A stretch of DNA of 37,797 nucleotides from an uncultured Gammaproteobacteria bacterium (GTDB taxonomy: Bacteria; Patescibacteriota; Microgenomatia; CAYXHB01), in assembly GCA_964464795.1 (NCBI GenBank), contig CAYXHB010000002.1, positions 1-37,797 on the forward strand. The letters run 5' to 3'. The notes under the pieces were generated by a model. That model saw nothing but the letters and a program-made list of their open reading frames with translations. It did no database searches and was not told where the DNA came from. A program made the translations under genes and the position numbers. Positions 8,041 to 17,068 of this stretch are shown here, piece by piece. Each line of letters opens with the position of its first letter. The first letter of the stretch is position 1.

Positions 8041-9057
8041 ATGCGATTGTTAAGCGAAAATTGGGAACATGTTGAAGGGAAGACTGTGCTGCTAAGAGTT
8101 AATTATGATGTGGATATAGTTGACGGAAAAGTTCAGGATACTACAAGAATTGAAGACAGTTTGGATACAATCCATGCGTTACTGGAAAGAGGCTGCAAGG
8201 TAGTGCTAATCGCTCACTTGGGACGGCCAGATGGGGAACGGAACATGGAGTTTTCGCTCCTCCCAGTACATGAGCTACTGGCAAACTTAATTGGCGAACC
8301 GATTACGTTCTTGGAAAACCTTGATGCCGAGGCAGCAAGAAATGCTCCCACGAGAGTTGTGATGCTGGAGAATTTGCGTTTCTGGAGTGAGGAAGAAGCC
8401 AATGATGAAGAATTTGCAAGACGATTGGCTGCCATGGGTGATTTTTATGTGAATGAAGCTTTTGCTAATTGCCATAGGGAGCATGCTTCAATTGTGGGAA
8501 TACCCAAGTTTTTACCCTACGCGGCGGGACTGCATTTGGCTCGTGAATACGAGATATTAACCCGAGCCAGGCAGAATCCAGAAAAACCTCTGGTGGTGAT
8601 TATCGGTGGGGCGAAAGTGGAGACCAAAGCTCCTCTAGTTGATGCCTTTGCTGACATTGCGGATGAAATTCTAGTTGGAGGAAAAATTGCGTCTGAGATA
8701 TCAGAAGAGCATAAGTCGATGCCCAATTTAGCGGTGGCTGATTTGCGTGAAGATGGAAAAGATATTACAGAAGAAAGCGCGCGGCTGTTTGCAGATAAGA
8801 TTATGAACGCTAAGAGCGTGATTTGGAATGGAACAATGGGGATTTTTGAAGAAGAGGACAGTCAGATGGGGACAACGATTGTGGCTGAGGCAATGAATAC
8901 AACCGATGCGTTTACAGTGGTAGGTGGTGGGGATACGGAAGCAGCTTTGACGGTGTTGGATATGGAGGCTGGGATTGACCATATTAGTACCGGTGGCGGA
9001 GCCATGCTTGATTACTTGTGTGACGGTAACTTGGTGGGATTTGATGCGCTTAATTAA
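8041..9057 (+). CDS. pgk: Phosphoglycerate kinase (short form, 338 aa)
   Basis: PGK motifs are present: GKTVLLRVNYDV, TTRIEDSLDTI, IAHLGRPDG, ENLRFWSEEE, VNEAFANCHREHAS, GGAKVETK, WNGTMGIFEEE, VVGGGDT and STGGGAMLDYL. I chose the ATG at 8041 over the TTG at 8005 given in the track. Confidence 0.9.
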   Translation: MRLLSENWEHVEGKTVLLRVNYDVDIVDGKVQDTTRIEDSLDTIHALLERGCKVVLIAHLGRPDGERNMEFSLLPVHELLANLIGEPITFLENLDAEAARNAPTRVVMLENLRFWSEEEANDEEFARRLAAMGDFYVNEAFANCHREHASIVGIPKFLPYAAGLHLAREYEILTRARQNPEKPLVVIIGGAKVETKAPLVDAFADIADEILVGGKIASEISEEHKSMPNLAVADLREDGKDITEESARLFADKIMNAKSVIWNGTMGIFEEEDSQMGTTIVAEAMNTTDAFTVVGGGDTEAALTVLDMEAGIDHISTGGGAMLDYLCDGNLVGFDALN

Positions 9058-9104
9058 TTTGGTCTGTTGACAATGGTTCTACAAAACAGAGTAAAATGAT
9101 TTAT

Positions 9105-10151
9105 ATGGTCAAGATTGGCATTAATGGATTTGGACGGATTGGAAGATTGGCGTTTCGGGTGGCGACACTAAATCATGCAAGTGATGCGGAAGTTGTGGCA
9201 ATCAACACATCAGGATCAATGACGGCAAGCGGATGGATGTCTTTGGTCAAGTATGACACCAACTACAAGCGTTATCCTCTGGAGATTAGCGCTGAAGATG
9301 TTAAAGACCCTAAGGACGTCACCGACGACGACCCATTGATTGGTTACATAATAGTTCAAGGCAAAAAATATCCGGTGCTGGCACAAAAAAATCCAGAAAA
9401 AATTCCCTGGGGGAAATATCAAACTGATGTGGTGATTGAATCAACTGGAGTATTTATTGATACCCAGGGCGCTTCTGGACATTTCCAAGGTGGAGCAAAG
9501 AAAGTAGTAATATCAGCTCCAGCCAAGGGCGATGATATTCCTACTTACGTGCTAGGAGTTAACCAAACAGGCGGGGAAAATATTATTTCAAATGCCTCAT
9601 GTACTACAAACTGTATTTCTCCAGTGGCTAAGGTGATTTTGAATGCTTTTGGGATTCAGAAAGCAATGATGACGACTGTGCATAGTTTTACAGATGACCA
9701 GAGGTTACACGACAACTCGCACAAAGACTTGCGACGCGCGCGGGCTGCTGGGCAAAATATCGTGCCAACTACAACTGGTGCGGCCAGCGCAACCGGGCTG
9801 GTTATGCCAGAGATGAAAGGAATTTTTGATGGGATTGCCATTCGGGTACCGACTCCTGCCGGTTCTGTATCCGACTTTGTATTTCTGACAGAAAGAGATA
9901 CTTCGGTTGAAGAAGTGAATAAAGTTTTGACCGCAGCTTCGGAGTCGGAGGAGTTTGCTGGAATTTTGGCAGTCACTAACGACCCGATTGTGTCATCTGA
10001 TGTGATAGGACAAACATATTCTGCCATAGTTGATTTAGAGTTTACTCAAGTCGTAGGCGGAAATATGGTGAAAGTCCTAGCCTGGTACGATAATGAATGG
10101 GGCTATACCAATAGGCTAGTTGAGCAAACAATTGTGGCGGGGAGGATGTAG
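9105..10151 (+). CDS. gap: Type I glyceraldehyde-3-phosphate dehydrogenase
   Basis: The ORF has the NAD-binding motif GINGFGRIGR, the catalytic SNASCTTNC, and WYDNEWGY near the C-terminus. I chose the start at MVKIGING (9105); the track ORF starts at 9096. Confidence 0.93.
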   Translation: MVKIGINGFGRIGRLAFRVATLNHASDAEVVAINTSGSMTASGWMSLVKYDTNYKRYPLEISAEDVKDPKDVTDDDPLIGYIIVQGKKYPVLAQKNPEKIPWGKYQTDVVIESTGVFIDTQGASGHFQGGAKKVVISAPAKGDDIPTYVLGVNQTGGENIISNASCTTNCISPVAKVILNAFGIQKAMMTTVHSFTDDQRLHDNSHKDLRRARAAGQNIVPTTTGAASATGLVMPEMKGIFDGIAIRVPTPAGSVSDFVFLTERDTSVEEVNKVLTAASESEEFAGILAVTNDPIVSSDVIGQTYSAIVDLEFTQVVGGNMVKVLAWYDNEWGYTNRLVEQTIVAGRM

Positions 10152-10191
10152 TTTTGTCTTTTGGATGATTGTTCGGTATGATGAATGGTAC

Positions 10192-10932
10192 ATGAACTTA
10201 TTCGGGAGGCTGATTAATTTTAAGCTGGTGATATTGGTACTGTTGATGGGGGGCTGGATATATACTAGCGGGCGGCCAATTGAAAAACCCCAATCACAGA
10301 GCATGGGAAGAAACCTGCCGGAGTTTGAAGCCATACATTCTCCTTATGCGGTGTTTTTTACCGAGGCGATTATTCCCAATAAATCTAACACTGTGGTACA
10401 GTTTCCTTACTACTTTGCGACTCCACATCAGCCGCTGTTTTTGACTCTACCTACCAATCCAGAAGCCGACGATGTAATAATCTTGGTTGACCATCCAATT
10501 ATAGAAATAGTAAAAACCTGGCCCAAAATTTCAAGTCGTAACTTAGTGTTATATCAGAGCAATCCAGTGTATGAAACAATTGACCAGTTTTTGGGAAATG
10601 TACCCAGCAGTGACGTTGTGGTAGCTGACTCAGCTTTAGTTTTCGGACAAGTCATCGCCCCGGAGAGTAATGTTATCCCTTTGAATGACTGGAATAGTGA
10701 AGCACCTTTTGAGTTTTTTTTAACGACTTATCATGAACCGACTGATAAGGGTCACTACAATTTATTTGAAACCAGGATAGACGCAAGTGAAGCTCTACTT
10801 AGAGAATGTCCGAATGAAGAACCTAACTGCCAACCAACATTAATGTGGAAGCTAGATATGCCAGATACGGACTTAGAGAATACTCTCTATATTGGCGAAA
10901 TTCACGTTGACTTCAGGCAGTCCCATCAATAG
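10192..10932 (+). CDS. Hypothetical membrane-anchored protein
   Basis: It has one N-terminal TM helix (FKLVILVLLMGGWIY) and then ~215 aa with no motif I recognise. The stop lies 6 nt before the glgA ATG. I chose the start at 10192 because the track start at 10120 overlaps the gap gene. Confidence 0.55.
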   Translation: MNLFGRLINFKLVILVLLMGGWIYTSGRPIEKPQSQSMGRNLPEFEAIHSPYAVFFTEAIIPNKSNTVVQFPYYFATPHQPLFLTLPTNPEADDVIILVDHPIIEIVKTWPKISSRNLVLYQSNPVYETIDQFLGNVPSSDVVVADSALVFGQVIAPESNVIPLNDWNSEAPFEFFLTTYHEPTDKGHYNLFETRIDASEALLRECPNEEPNCQPTLMWKLDMPDTDLENTLYIGEIHVDFRQSHQ

Positions 10933-10938
10933 TTTGTT

Positions 10939-12330
10939 ATGAAAATCTTGTCCGTTGCCGCTGAAGTCGCGGGTATATATAAAACTGGAGGATTGGGTGA
11001 TGTGGTGCGGGACTTGGCTTGCGAACTGCAGAAGAATGACGTTGAAATTAGAACTGTGCTGCCAATGTACAAATGGCTGGTAGATGATAAGGATAACAAC
11101 CTACTGTGGGAAGGTGAAGTTGCTTATGGAGGGCAAGTGCGAAAAGTGAAGTTATTTAGCAGAACCATACCTATGACAAACTTGGAATGCCTAATGGTGT
11201 ATGAGCCGGAGATAGTTTCAAGCGATAATCCTAATGACGCGGTGCGTTTTGCTCTGTTTAGTAAGGTGCTGATTGATTTACTGAAATTAAATGTTATCCA
11301 AGCTGATGTCTTGCATTTGCATGACTGGCACTTGGGGTTAGTGCCGTTGATAGTAAAATATTCTAATTTGCAAGTTAAAACAGTACTTACAATTCATAAT
11401 ATATTGTTTCAAGGCAGTACTAATGCTACTTTGATTGATGAAATCGGGGTTGATAGAGCTTTTGCTCATTCAATTATGCACGACATCCAGGATGGCGACC
11501 TTAACTTTTTATTACAGGGGATTGTCCATGCTGACTTCGTGACTACAGTCAGTCCCACTTATAAGGAGGAAATTCTTGCCAAAAAACAAGATGGCGGTTT
11601 GAGTGTTTATTTACATGATAAAGGAGCACGCTTTCAGGGTGTGTTGAACGCGATTGACATGAACGTGTGGAACCCAGAGAATGACTTAAACTTGGACTTA
11701 AAATTTAATTTGTCAAATTGGAAAGAGGGCAAGCTCTCAGCCAAAAAACAGTTGGAGTCGAAATTGAAGTTTAGCGGTAAAGACGAGATTTGGCTTGCTT
11801 ATATCGGCAGGGCTGACGGACGGCAAAAGGGCATAGGGTTGGTACTGGACGCTGTGGCTCAAGGCCTGCTTGACGATGGGGGGTTTCGGCTAATCATGCT
11901 GTCCCAGGGCGATAAGTACCTAGAAGAACAAATCAGAGTTTGTGCTAGTGGGAAAGAAAAATTTGATGCGTTTGTTGAGTTTAACGACCCGCTGGCGCAC
12001 ATTATTTATGCAGCTTGCGATATTGCACTGATTCCATCGGCCTACGAACCCTGTGGGCTGGTGCAAATGATGAGCATGCGCTATGGGTGCGTACCTATAG
12101 CCCGCGCCACAGGCGGATTGAAAGATACGATTATTGACGGAAGGGACGGTTTTTTGTTTGAGGAGTATAGCGGACTGGCACTAAGCGAAAAAATTCGTCA
12201 AGCAAGAGAGCTATTTAAGAATGAAGCCCGCTGGCAGCCGGTAGTTAGTGCAGGAATGAGCAAGGACTGGAGTTGGAAAAATTCCGCTGTGGAGTACAAA
12301 AAAGTTTTTGAAAGCCTGACATTTTCTTAA
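10939..12330 (+). CDS. glgA: Glycogen/starch synthase, GT5 (GlgA-type)
   Basis: The 463-aa ORF has the N-terminal KTGGLGDV motif (GIYKTGGLGDVVRDL). The C-terminal region reads PSAYEPCGLVQMMSMRYGCVPIARATGGLKDTI. Confidence 0.9.
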   Translation: MKILSVAAEVAGIYKTGGLGDVVRDLACELQKNDVEIRTVLPMYKWLVDDKDNNLLWEGEVAYGGQVRKVKLFSRTIPMTNLECLMVYEPEIVSSDNPNDAVRFALFSKVLIDLLKLNVIQADVLHLHDWHLGLVPLIVKYSNLQVKTVLTIHNILFQGSTNATLIDEIGVDRAFAHSIMHDIQDGDLNFLLQGIVHADFVTTVSPTYKEEILAKKQDGGLSVYLHDKGARFQGVLNAIDMNVWNPENDLNLDLKFNLSNWKEGKLSAKKQLESKLKFSGKDEIWLAYIGRADGRQKGIGLVLDAVAQGLLDDGGFRLIMLSQGDKYLEEQIRVCASGKEKFDAFVEFNDPLAHIIYAACDIALIPSAYEPCGLVQMMSMRYGCVPIARATGGLKDTIIDGRDGFLFEEYSGLALSEKIRQARELFKNEARWQPVVSAGMSKDWSWKNSAVEYKKVFESLTFS

Positions 12331-12368
12331 CCTTGGCGGGAGGTTTTGGCTTATGAACTAAGCACTCA

Positions 12369-12397
12369 TTGACAGGTTGAGGTTTTTTGCCTAATAT
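12369..12397 (+). promoter_or_regulatory. Candidate sigma70-type promoter of the surface cluster (TTGACA-17 nt-TAATAT)
   Basis: TTGACA lies at 12369-12374 and TAATAT at 12392-12397 with a 17-nt spacer. The -10 element ends about 35 nt upstream of the ATG at 12432. Confidence 0.45.
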
Positions 12398-12431
12398 CGA
12401 CTTAGGTTTAGCTATAATTTTTACATGAGCT

Positions 12432-13379
12432 ATGATTAAAAAGACTTTTCAGCTGGTTAGTTTATTTTTGTTTGTATTATTATTGCTTGGAGGGGTGGGG
12501 AAAGAAGTTTATGCCCAAGCTGGAAGGTCTTTGACTATCATTCCGCCCAAATTTGATGGGCTTTTTTCTAATCCAGGCGATACTTTGGTTGAACAAATCA
12601 GAGTGAGGAATGACTCTGATACACCAGTAACTTACGCTATCACAGTAGAAGACTTCACCACTAGTGGAGAAGAAGGCCAGGTCGTGCTTGAGGAAGGCGA
12701 GTCTGATTTGACATACTCGTTGGCTTCCTGGATAGAACTTGAAACACGCGACATCATATTGCAGCCAATGGAAGAAAAAGTGGTTACTTTTGTAGTTAAC
12801 GTACCTAGAAATGCGGAGCCTGGAGGGCATTATGCCTCTATTTTGTTTCAGTCCAGTGTTGACCAAGTCCCAGGGGGAGCAGCGGTCGCCCAAAGAGTTG
12901 GGTCTTTGGTGTTGTTGCGCGTGAGTGGAAACGTAGTTGAAGACGCAACCTTGGAAACTTTTTCTACTCCTAATTATCAGAAATCTGGTCCGATTACTTT
13001 TTCTTTGAGGGTTAAAAACGACGGAAATGTCCATGTGCAACCACAAGGAACAATTGTGATTAAGAATATGCTGGGCAGAAAAGTAGCAGAAATTCCCCTA
13101 GATAGCAGAAATGTACTTCCAGCTGCAGTAAGAAGGATGGATACAGTCTGGAATCAAGAGAGACTCTTGGGTCGATATACCGCTACCTTGATTGCGCAGT
13201 ATGGTGAAGGTGCGCAGAAGAAAACTCTAACTTCGGCTATTAACTTCACAGTTGCGTCTCCCATGGCCCTTACTTTGATTGCGGTTGGGGTTGTTGCCAC
13301 CCTGGGTTTCCTGTTCACTATGATTGCAGGATGGAAGAGAATGTCCAAGGCAATGCGGGTAATTGCGACTGGTAAATAA
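12432..13379 (+). CDS. Secreted Ig-like surface protein with a C-terminal TM anchor (architecture reminiscent of DUF916/DUF3324 proteins)
   Basis: The 315-aa ORF has a signal peptide ending VYAQA and two beta-rich segments (LVEQIRVRNDSDTPVTYAITVEDF; ITFSLRVKNDGNVHVQPQGTIVIKN). It also has PGGHYASILFQS, a C-terminal TM helix and a basic tail KRMSK. Confidence 0.6.
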   Translation: MIKKTFQLVSLFLFVLLLLGGVGKEVYAQAGRSLTIIPPKFDGLFSNPGDTLVEQIRVRNDSDTPVTYAITVEDFTTSGEEGQVVLEEGESDLTYSLASWIELETRDIILQPMEEKVVTFVVNVPRNAEPGGHYASILFQSSVDQVPGGAAVAQRVGSLVLLRVSGNVVEDATLETFSTPNYQKSGPITFSLRVKNDGNVHVQPQGTIVIKNMLGRKVAEIPLDSRNVLPAAVRRMDTVWNQERLLGRYTATLIAQYGEGAQKKTLTSAINFTVASPMALTLIAVGVVATLGFLFTMIAGWKRMSKAMRVIATGK

Positions 13380-13436
13380 TCTTTGTCTTTAGTTCTCCAC
13401 TGATTAGTTGTTAGAATGGATTATTGGTCTATTTTT

Positions 13437-14705
13437 ATGAATTTGAGTCGCAAGAAGATTATGATTTCATTTCGCAGTTTGGTTGGAGTTGGAACTACAA
13501 TTATTTTTTTGATGGCTTTGACGGTAGGCGGATGGGGAAACGTAACAACGACTTCCGCAGTGGGAAACTTGGAGGCGATGAAAGACATTATCGGAAGCGC
13601 CATTCCTGGGGCTGGAAATGTGTCGCACGAAATATCGTTTCGCTTGCCTTTTAATTCCTTACACATAGCCACCAGCGATTACATCATCATTGACATGGGA
13701 AATTTCTCTAATGTAACGGAGGCAAATCAAGTCACCGGTATATACGGAGGAACGCCTGTTTTTAGTCTAGATGGCAGTGAAGTAAAAATTACAGGGATAT
13801 TAGTGGAATCAGGTATACAATTAACTATTTCAGGCATAACTGCCACTAATCCAGGCTCGCCAATGTTGTATGGAGTAACGGTGATTGTTTCGGAAGACGA
13901 GGATGGGATGTTGATTAAAAATGTAGGGACTGTCTTGGCAAGCGGTACAGACGGATCGGTAAGCGTGACCGCGTCTATTGACCCTCCCGTGGCTTCGTTG
14001 GCAGTTTCTGGATACACATCTCCCGGGACATTTGTGACTTTTACTAATAACGGCACAGTGATTGGAACCGATACTGCAGGTCCGAGTGGTTTTTTTAGTC
14101 AGATTTTTACTGGACTACAACCCATGACACACATGTTAAGAATATATGGCATAGATCAACAAGGACGAGCAACTGCTCCGTTTTTTTTGGAGATATATAC
14201 ACCAATCTATCAACTAACCACGGTTACTGATATTATCCTGCCACCGACTATCCAGCTAAGCGACACTGTAGTGTTACAAGGCAATCACTTAGTAGTCAGC
14301 GGGTCTGCAGTCCCATCAGGAGATCTCAGTTTGTTTACGGAGTCGCCGATGCGGAGTTACTCTACTACTGTGAACCCATTAGGAAATTGGGCATATACCA
14401 TAACTGACACGGCTGATTATTTGCCTGGGGATTACCGGGCTTATTCAATAGTGCAAGATGGGTCTTTGCAGAGTCTGGCTGGGATTGCATTAGGGTTTAG
14501 TGTAACGGCTCTGGCGACTACACCAACTCCGGCTAATTGCAATATATCCCAAGGGGATCTTAATTGTGATACTAATGTGAATTTATTTGACTTTAGTATT
14601 CTCATGTATTATTGGGGAACCACTCAACCGGCAGGAGATATCAACGGCGACGGTGTGGTCAACTTATTTGATTTCAGTATCATGATGTACTACTGGGGAA
14701 CCTAG
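13437..14705 (+). CDS. Secreted protein with a C-terminal dockerin-type double repeat
   Basis: The N-terminal signal anchor is LVGVGTTIIFLMAL. A beta-rich body of ~370 aa shows no enzyme motif. A Thr/Pro linker (ATTPTPAN) precedes two 23-aa EF-hand-like dockerin segments, GDLNCDTNVNLFDFSILMYYWGT and GDINGDGVVNLFDFSIMMYYWGT. Confidence 0.8.
   Translation: MNLSRKKIMISFRSLVGVGTTIIFLMALTVGGWGNVTTTSAVGNLEAMKDIIGSAIPGAGNVSHEISFRLPFNSLHIATSDYIIIDMGNFSNVTEANQVTGIYGGTPVFSLDGSEVKITGILVESGIQLTISGITATNPGSPMLYGVTVIVSEDEDGMLIKNVGTVLASGTDGSVSVTASIDPPVASLAVSGYTSPGTFVTFTNNGTVIGTDTAGPSGFFSQIFTGLQPMTHMLRIYGIDQQGRATAPFFLEIYTPIYQLTTVTDIILPPTIQLSDTVVLQGNHLVVSGSAVPSGDLSLFTESPMRSYSTTVNPLGNWAYTITDTADYLPGDYRAYSIVQDGSLQSLAGIALGFSVTALATTPTPANCNISQGDLNCDTNVNLFDFSILMYYWGTTQPAGDINGDGVVNLFDFSIMMYYWGT
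14553..14702 (+). repeat. Tandem coding duplication encoding the two dockerin Ca-binding segments
   Basis: Two 69-nt units (14553-14621 and 14634-14702) are separated by 12 nt. The encoded peptides are identical at most positions. Confidence 0.8.
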
Positions 14706-14780
14706 AGCAAAAACAAAAACAGATTGCATGATTGCAAGGTAATTTGGTACGCTTGAGAGTAGTTATTATTTTTATGTGGT

Positions 14781-16490
14781 ATGGCAAGGACGAAAAAATC
14801 TCTCAGTTCAAACACGCATAAAGGCGGCAGTTTCTATCGAAGACTAAAACCGGTAAAAAGAAGTACCAACAGTGGTCGTAGACTCCAGAAAGACGACCAG
14901 CCGTATCATAAGCTGTTGGATGACTTGAGAGAAGAATTAACTAGTAAGTTTGAGTCTGACTTGGAGGAAACTTTGCAGCAGGCCGCTGAGGAATTCCGCA
15001 AACAAGATAAACCCCAAAGACACAATCACGGTGAGTACGAAACAGATGAGGATGACTACCACAGACAACACAAACACCCATCTTGGCCGTGGGAAACCGT
15101 GGCTAAATCTCCCCACCACCAGAGAAGGACTGATGAAAGAGAAAGGGAAAACCCAGAGAATGATTGGAGAGAGTTAACTCGGTATCGTCCTGAGCCTGAA
15201 TACGTGCCAGAGCCAAAAGCGCCAAGGAGAGAACGGCGGGTAGAACCTGCTTTCGTCTCATCGTCTGACAAGTATAGAAGTGATGTGAGTCCTAGGCGTG
15301 AAGTAGATCCAAGCTACGAAGTTCGGCCTGTGGAGGTGGAAAAAATACCTCGTAAAGAAGAGAAAAACTGGGACTCTGAAATTGAAGCGCTGAAAGATAA
15401 GATGGCTTTTTTGGAAAAAGAACTTTTGGCCTCATATCAACGTGAAGGCAGCTTGAAGAATAATGTCGAGAAACTGGAGCAAGAGTTATCTTCACGACAA
15501 GCTGGATTGAGAGATCAGCTTGATAGTTTGAAAAATAATGTAGCCGCTCCAGCCGTAGTGGCGGCGGCGAAAGAAGAAAACAAGTTGACATCTCTATCAA
15601 TGCAACTGACTCAAGTGATGCAGTCAATGAATACTATGCTTGACGAAGAGCCGCCTGCAGTTGATACAAAAACCGACCAGCCCAAACCCATCGCCGTGGA
15701 CGAGGTGGCCGAACAAGCCGAAAAATCCAAAGATACTGAGAAAAGCAAAGAAGAAAAAAAAACTGAAGAAAAAGACAAAGTAAAAACAGATGGAAAAGGC
15801 AAAAAGAAAAAAGTGCTCTGGCTATTTGCATCCATACTATTAGTTTTGGGCGGGGTGGGAGTGGGAATGTTCTTTTTCATGAATGGACAGACTGAGGTTG
15901 ACCCTGAACTAGTTAGGAACTATCTGCCGGAAGCTGAGCAGCCTGCCCCTGAGCAGTCTATGTTGCCGAATGAAGAAATTGTGGCTGATGCTGACAGCGG
16001 ATCGGTTCAGGGAGCCGCTACCAGTACTTCACCGCCTGGAAATAATAACTTCGAGCAAGCTCATGCTGATGTCGCGTATGGTGAGACACGCTGGGATACG
16101 CACAAAAACCCCCAATTGGGGGTTCAATTTGATTATCCTAGTAATTCAGCCAATGTGGTCAGGACAGATACCAGCGTGACTGTGCTACGTAAAACTGGAT
16201 ATATTTTTAAGATTCAGCACATTGAGACAGCTCTGGATTTGGACGACTACTGGAACCAGATAAAAGCCCGCAATTTAATGCATCGGGTTAGCGAAACTAC
16301 ATTTCGCGACTTGCCGGCTCTTTTTTTGGAACTTGATGACCAGACTGATTATCCAGGTAACCGGTATTTAGTGAAAAGAGGAGAGAACAGGATATATGAT
16401 ATTTGGTTTGCAACAACCTCAGCAAACTTATCGGATGATGACGCCAAAAGAATTGATATTATTTTGAATTCATTTAAGTTTATTGAATAG
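14781..16490 (+). CDS. Bitopic membrane protein with a long charged, coiled-coil cytoplasmic N-terminal region and an extracytoplasmic C-terminal domain
   Basis: The ORF is 569 aa. Residues 1-344 are rich in K/R/E/D/H/P, with a heptad-like stretch (EIEALKDKMAFLEKELL..VEKLEQEL) and a KSKDTEKSKEEKKTEEKDKVK tract. A single TM helix VLWLFASILLVLGGVGVGMFFFM is encoded at 15813-15881, followed by a ~200-aa outer domain. Confidence 0.75.
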   Translation: MARTKKSLSSNTHKGGSFYRRLKPVKRSTNSGRRLQKDDQPYHKLLDDLREELTSKFESDLEETLQQAAEEFRKQDKPQRHNHGEYETDEDDYHRQHKHPSWPWETVAKSPHHQRRTDERERENPENDWRELTRYRPEPEYVPEPKAPRRERRVEPAFVSSSDKYRSDVSPRREVDPSYEVRPVEVEKIPRKEEKNWDSEIEALKDKMAFLEKELLASYQREGSLKNNVEKLEQELSSRQAGLRDQLDSLKNNVAAPAVVAAAKEENKLTSLSMQLTQVMQSMNTMLDEEPPAVDTKTDQPKPIAVDEVAEQAEKSKDTEKSKEEKKTEEKDKVKTDGKGKKKKVLWLFASILLVLGGVGVGMFFFMNGQTEVDPELVRNYLPEAEQPAPEQSMLPNEEIVADADSGSVQGAATSTSPPGNNNFEQAHADVAYGETRWDTHKNPQLGVQFDYPSNSANVVRTDTSVTVLRKTGYIFKIQHIETALDLDDYWNQIKARNLMHRVSETTFRDLPALFLELDDQTDYPGNRYLVKRGENRIYDIWFATTSANLSDDDAKRIDIILNSFKFIE

Positions 16491-16517
16491 TTGAGCTTTG
16501 ATATATAATTTGAGGGA

Positions 16518-17039
16518 ATGAATAAGTTGCAGATAGGGTTAGTAATTTTAATCTTAGTTTCATTTGGAGGCATTTTCTGGCTATATGGTCCCAGAGAAAG
16601 AGTTTTCGGAATATCTACCGCTGGATCAGGGAGTTATGAAATTGAGATACCAGAGAGAGTCAGTGCGGCAGATCCTTTCGTAATTAAGGTAATTGTTGAT
16701 ACAAAAGGAAAAAACGTCAACGCAGTGGGTTTGAATTTGAAGTTCGCAACTAATCGTTTGCAGATTCTAAATATGGATACTACCGGGTCATTTTGTGAGT
16801 TCTATCCTGAGAATCGTTATGATAACCAAAACGGACTTATCAAGATTTCGTGCGGGCTACCGTCCCCTGGGTTTAATGGTAAGGGGACTTTGGCTGAAAT
16901 TACGTTTGAGGCTCTCAGTGTGGGGATAGCAGATATTGAAATCCTACCTGATAGTTTAATCTTGCTTAATGACGGCAAAGGAACGAATATCTTAAAAGAA
17001 TATGCTGCTGAGGAAATTCTGGTGGTGGCTAATTTGTAA
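16518..17039 (+). CDS. Membrane-anchored cohesin-like domain protein
   Basis: The 173-aa ORF has an N-terminal TM helix (IGLVILILVSFGGIFWLYG). A ~140-aa module follows the cohesin pattern: FVIKVIVDTKGKNVNAVGLNLKFATNRLQILN, NGLIKISCG and GKGTLAEITFEALSVGIADIEI. Confidence 0.6.
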   Translation: MNKLQIGLVILILVSFGGIFWLYGPRERVFGISTAGSGSYEIEIPERVSAADPFVIKVIVDTKGKNVNAVGLNLKFATNRLQILNMDTTGSFCEFYPENRYDNQNGLIKISCGLPSPGFNGKGTLAEITFEALSVGIADIEILPDSLILLNDGKGTNILKEYAAEEILVVANL

Positions 17040-17068
17040 GTGAACAGAAAAAACATTAGCTTGTGAAA

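Noticed and set aside
9067-9097. TTGACA...TAAAAT as an internal promoter between pgk and gap.
   Set aside because: The spacer is 19 nt, which is too long for a good sigma70-type promoter. The -10 element would overlap the upstream candidate start codon, and the 47-nt gap is compatible with simple co-transcription.
10120-10191. The N-terminal extension of the hypothetical ORF that overlaps the 3' end of gap.
   Set aside because: The extension overlaps gap by 32 nt and is Trp/Cys-rich. The ATG at 10192 immediately precedes the TM helix, although the ATG at 10165 remains possible.
12480-13046. A 188-aa minus-strand ORF.
   Set aside because: It lies entirely antisense to the well-supported surface protein gene 12432-13379. 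Its translation is Ser/Arg/Phe-rich with no motif, which is typical of a shadow ORF.
14553-14702. A direct DNA repeat that could be mistaken for a tandem-repeat or CRISPR-like feature.
   Set aside because: There are only two units. Both are in frame inside a CDS and encode the two dockerin calcium-binding segments.
15754-15762. An A9 homopolymer in the bitopic protein gene. T8 (14181-14188) and T7 (14090-14096) tracts in the dockerin gene were considered with it as possible phase-variation switches.
   Set aside because: Similar tracts occur in housekeeping or unrelated genes here, such as T8 at 26871-26878 in glgB and T8 at 10714-10721. They probably reflect AT-rich Lys/Phe codon usage rather than contingency loci.
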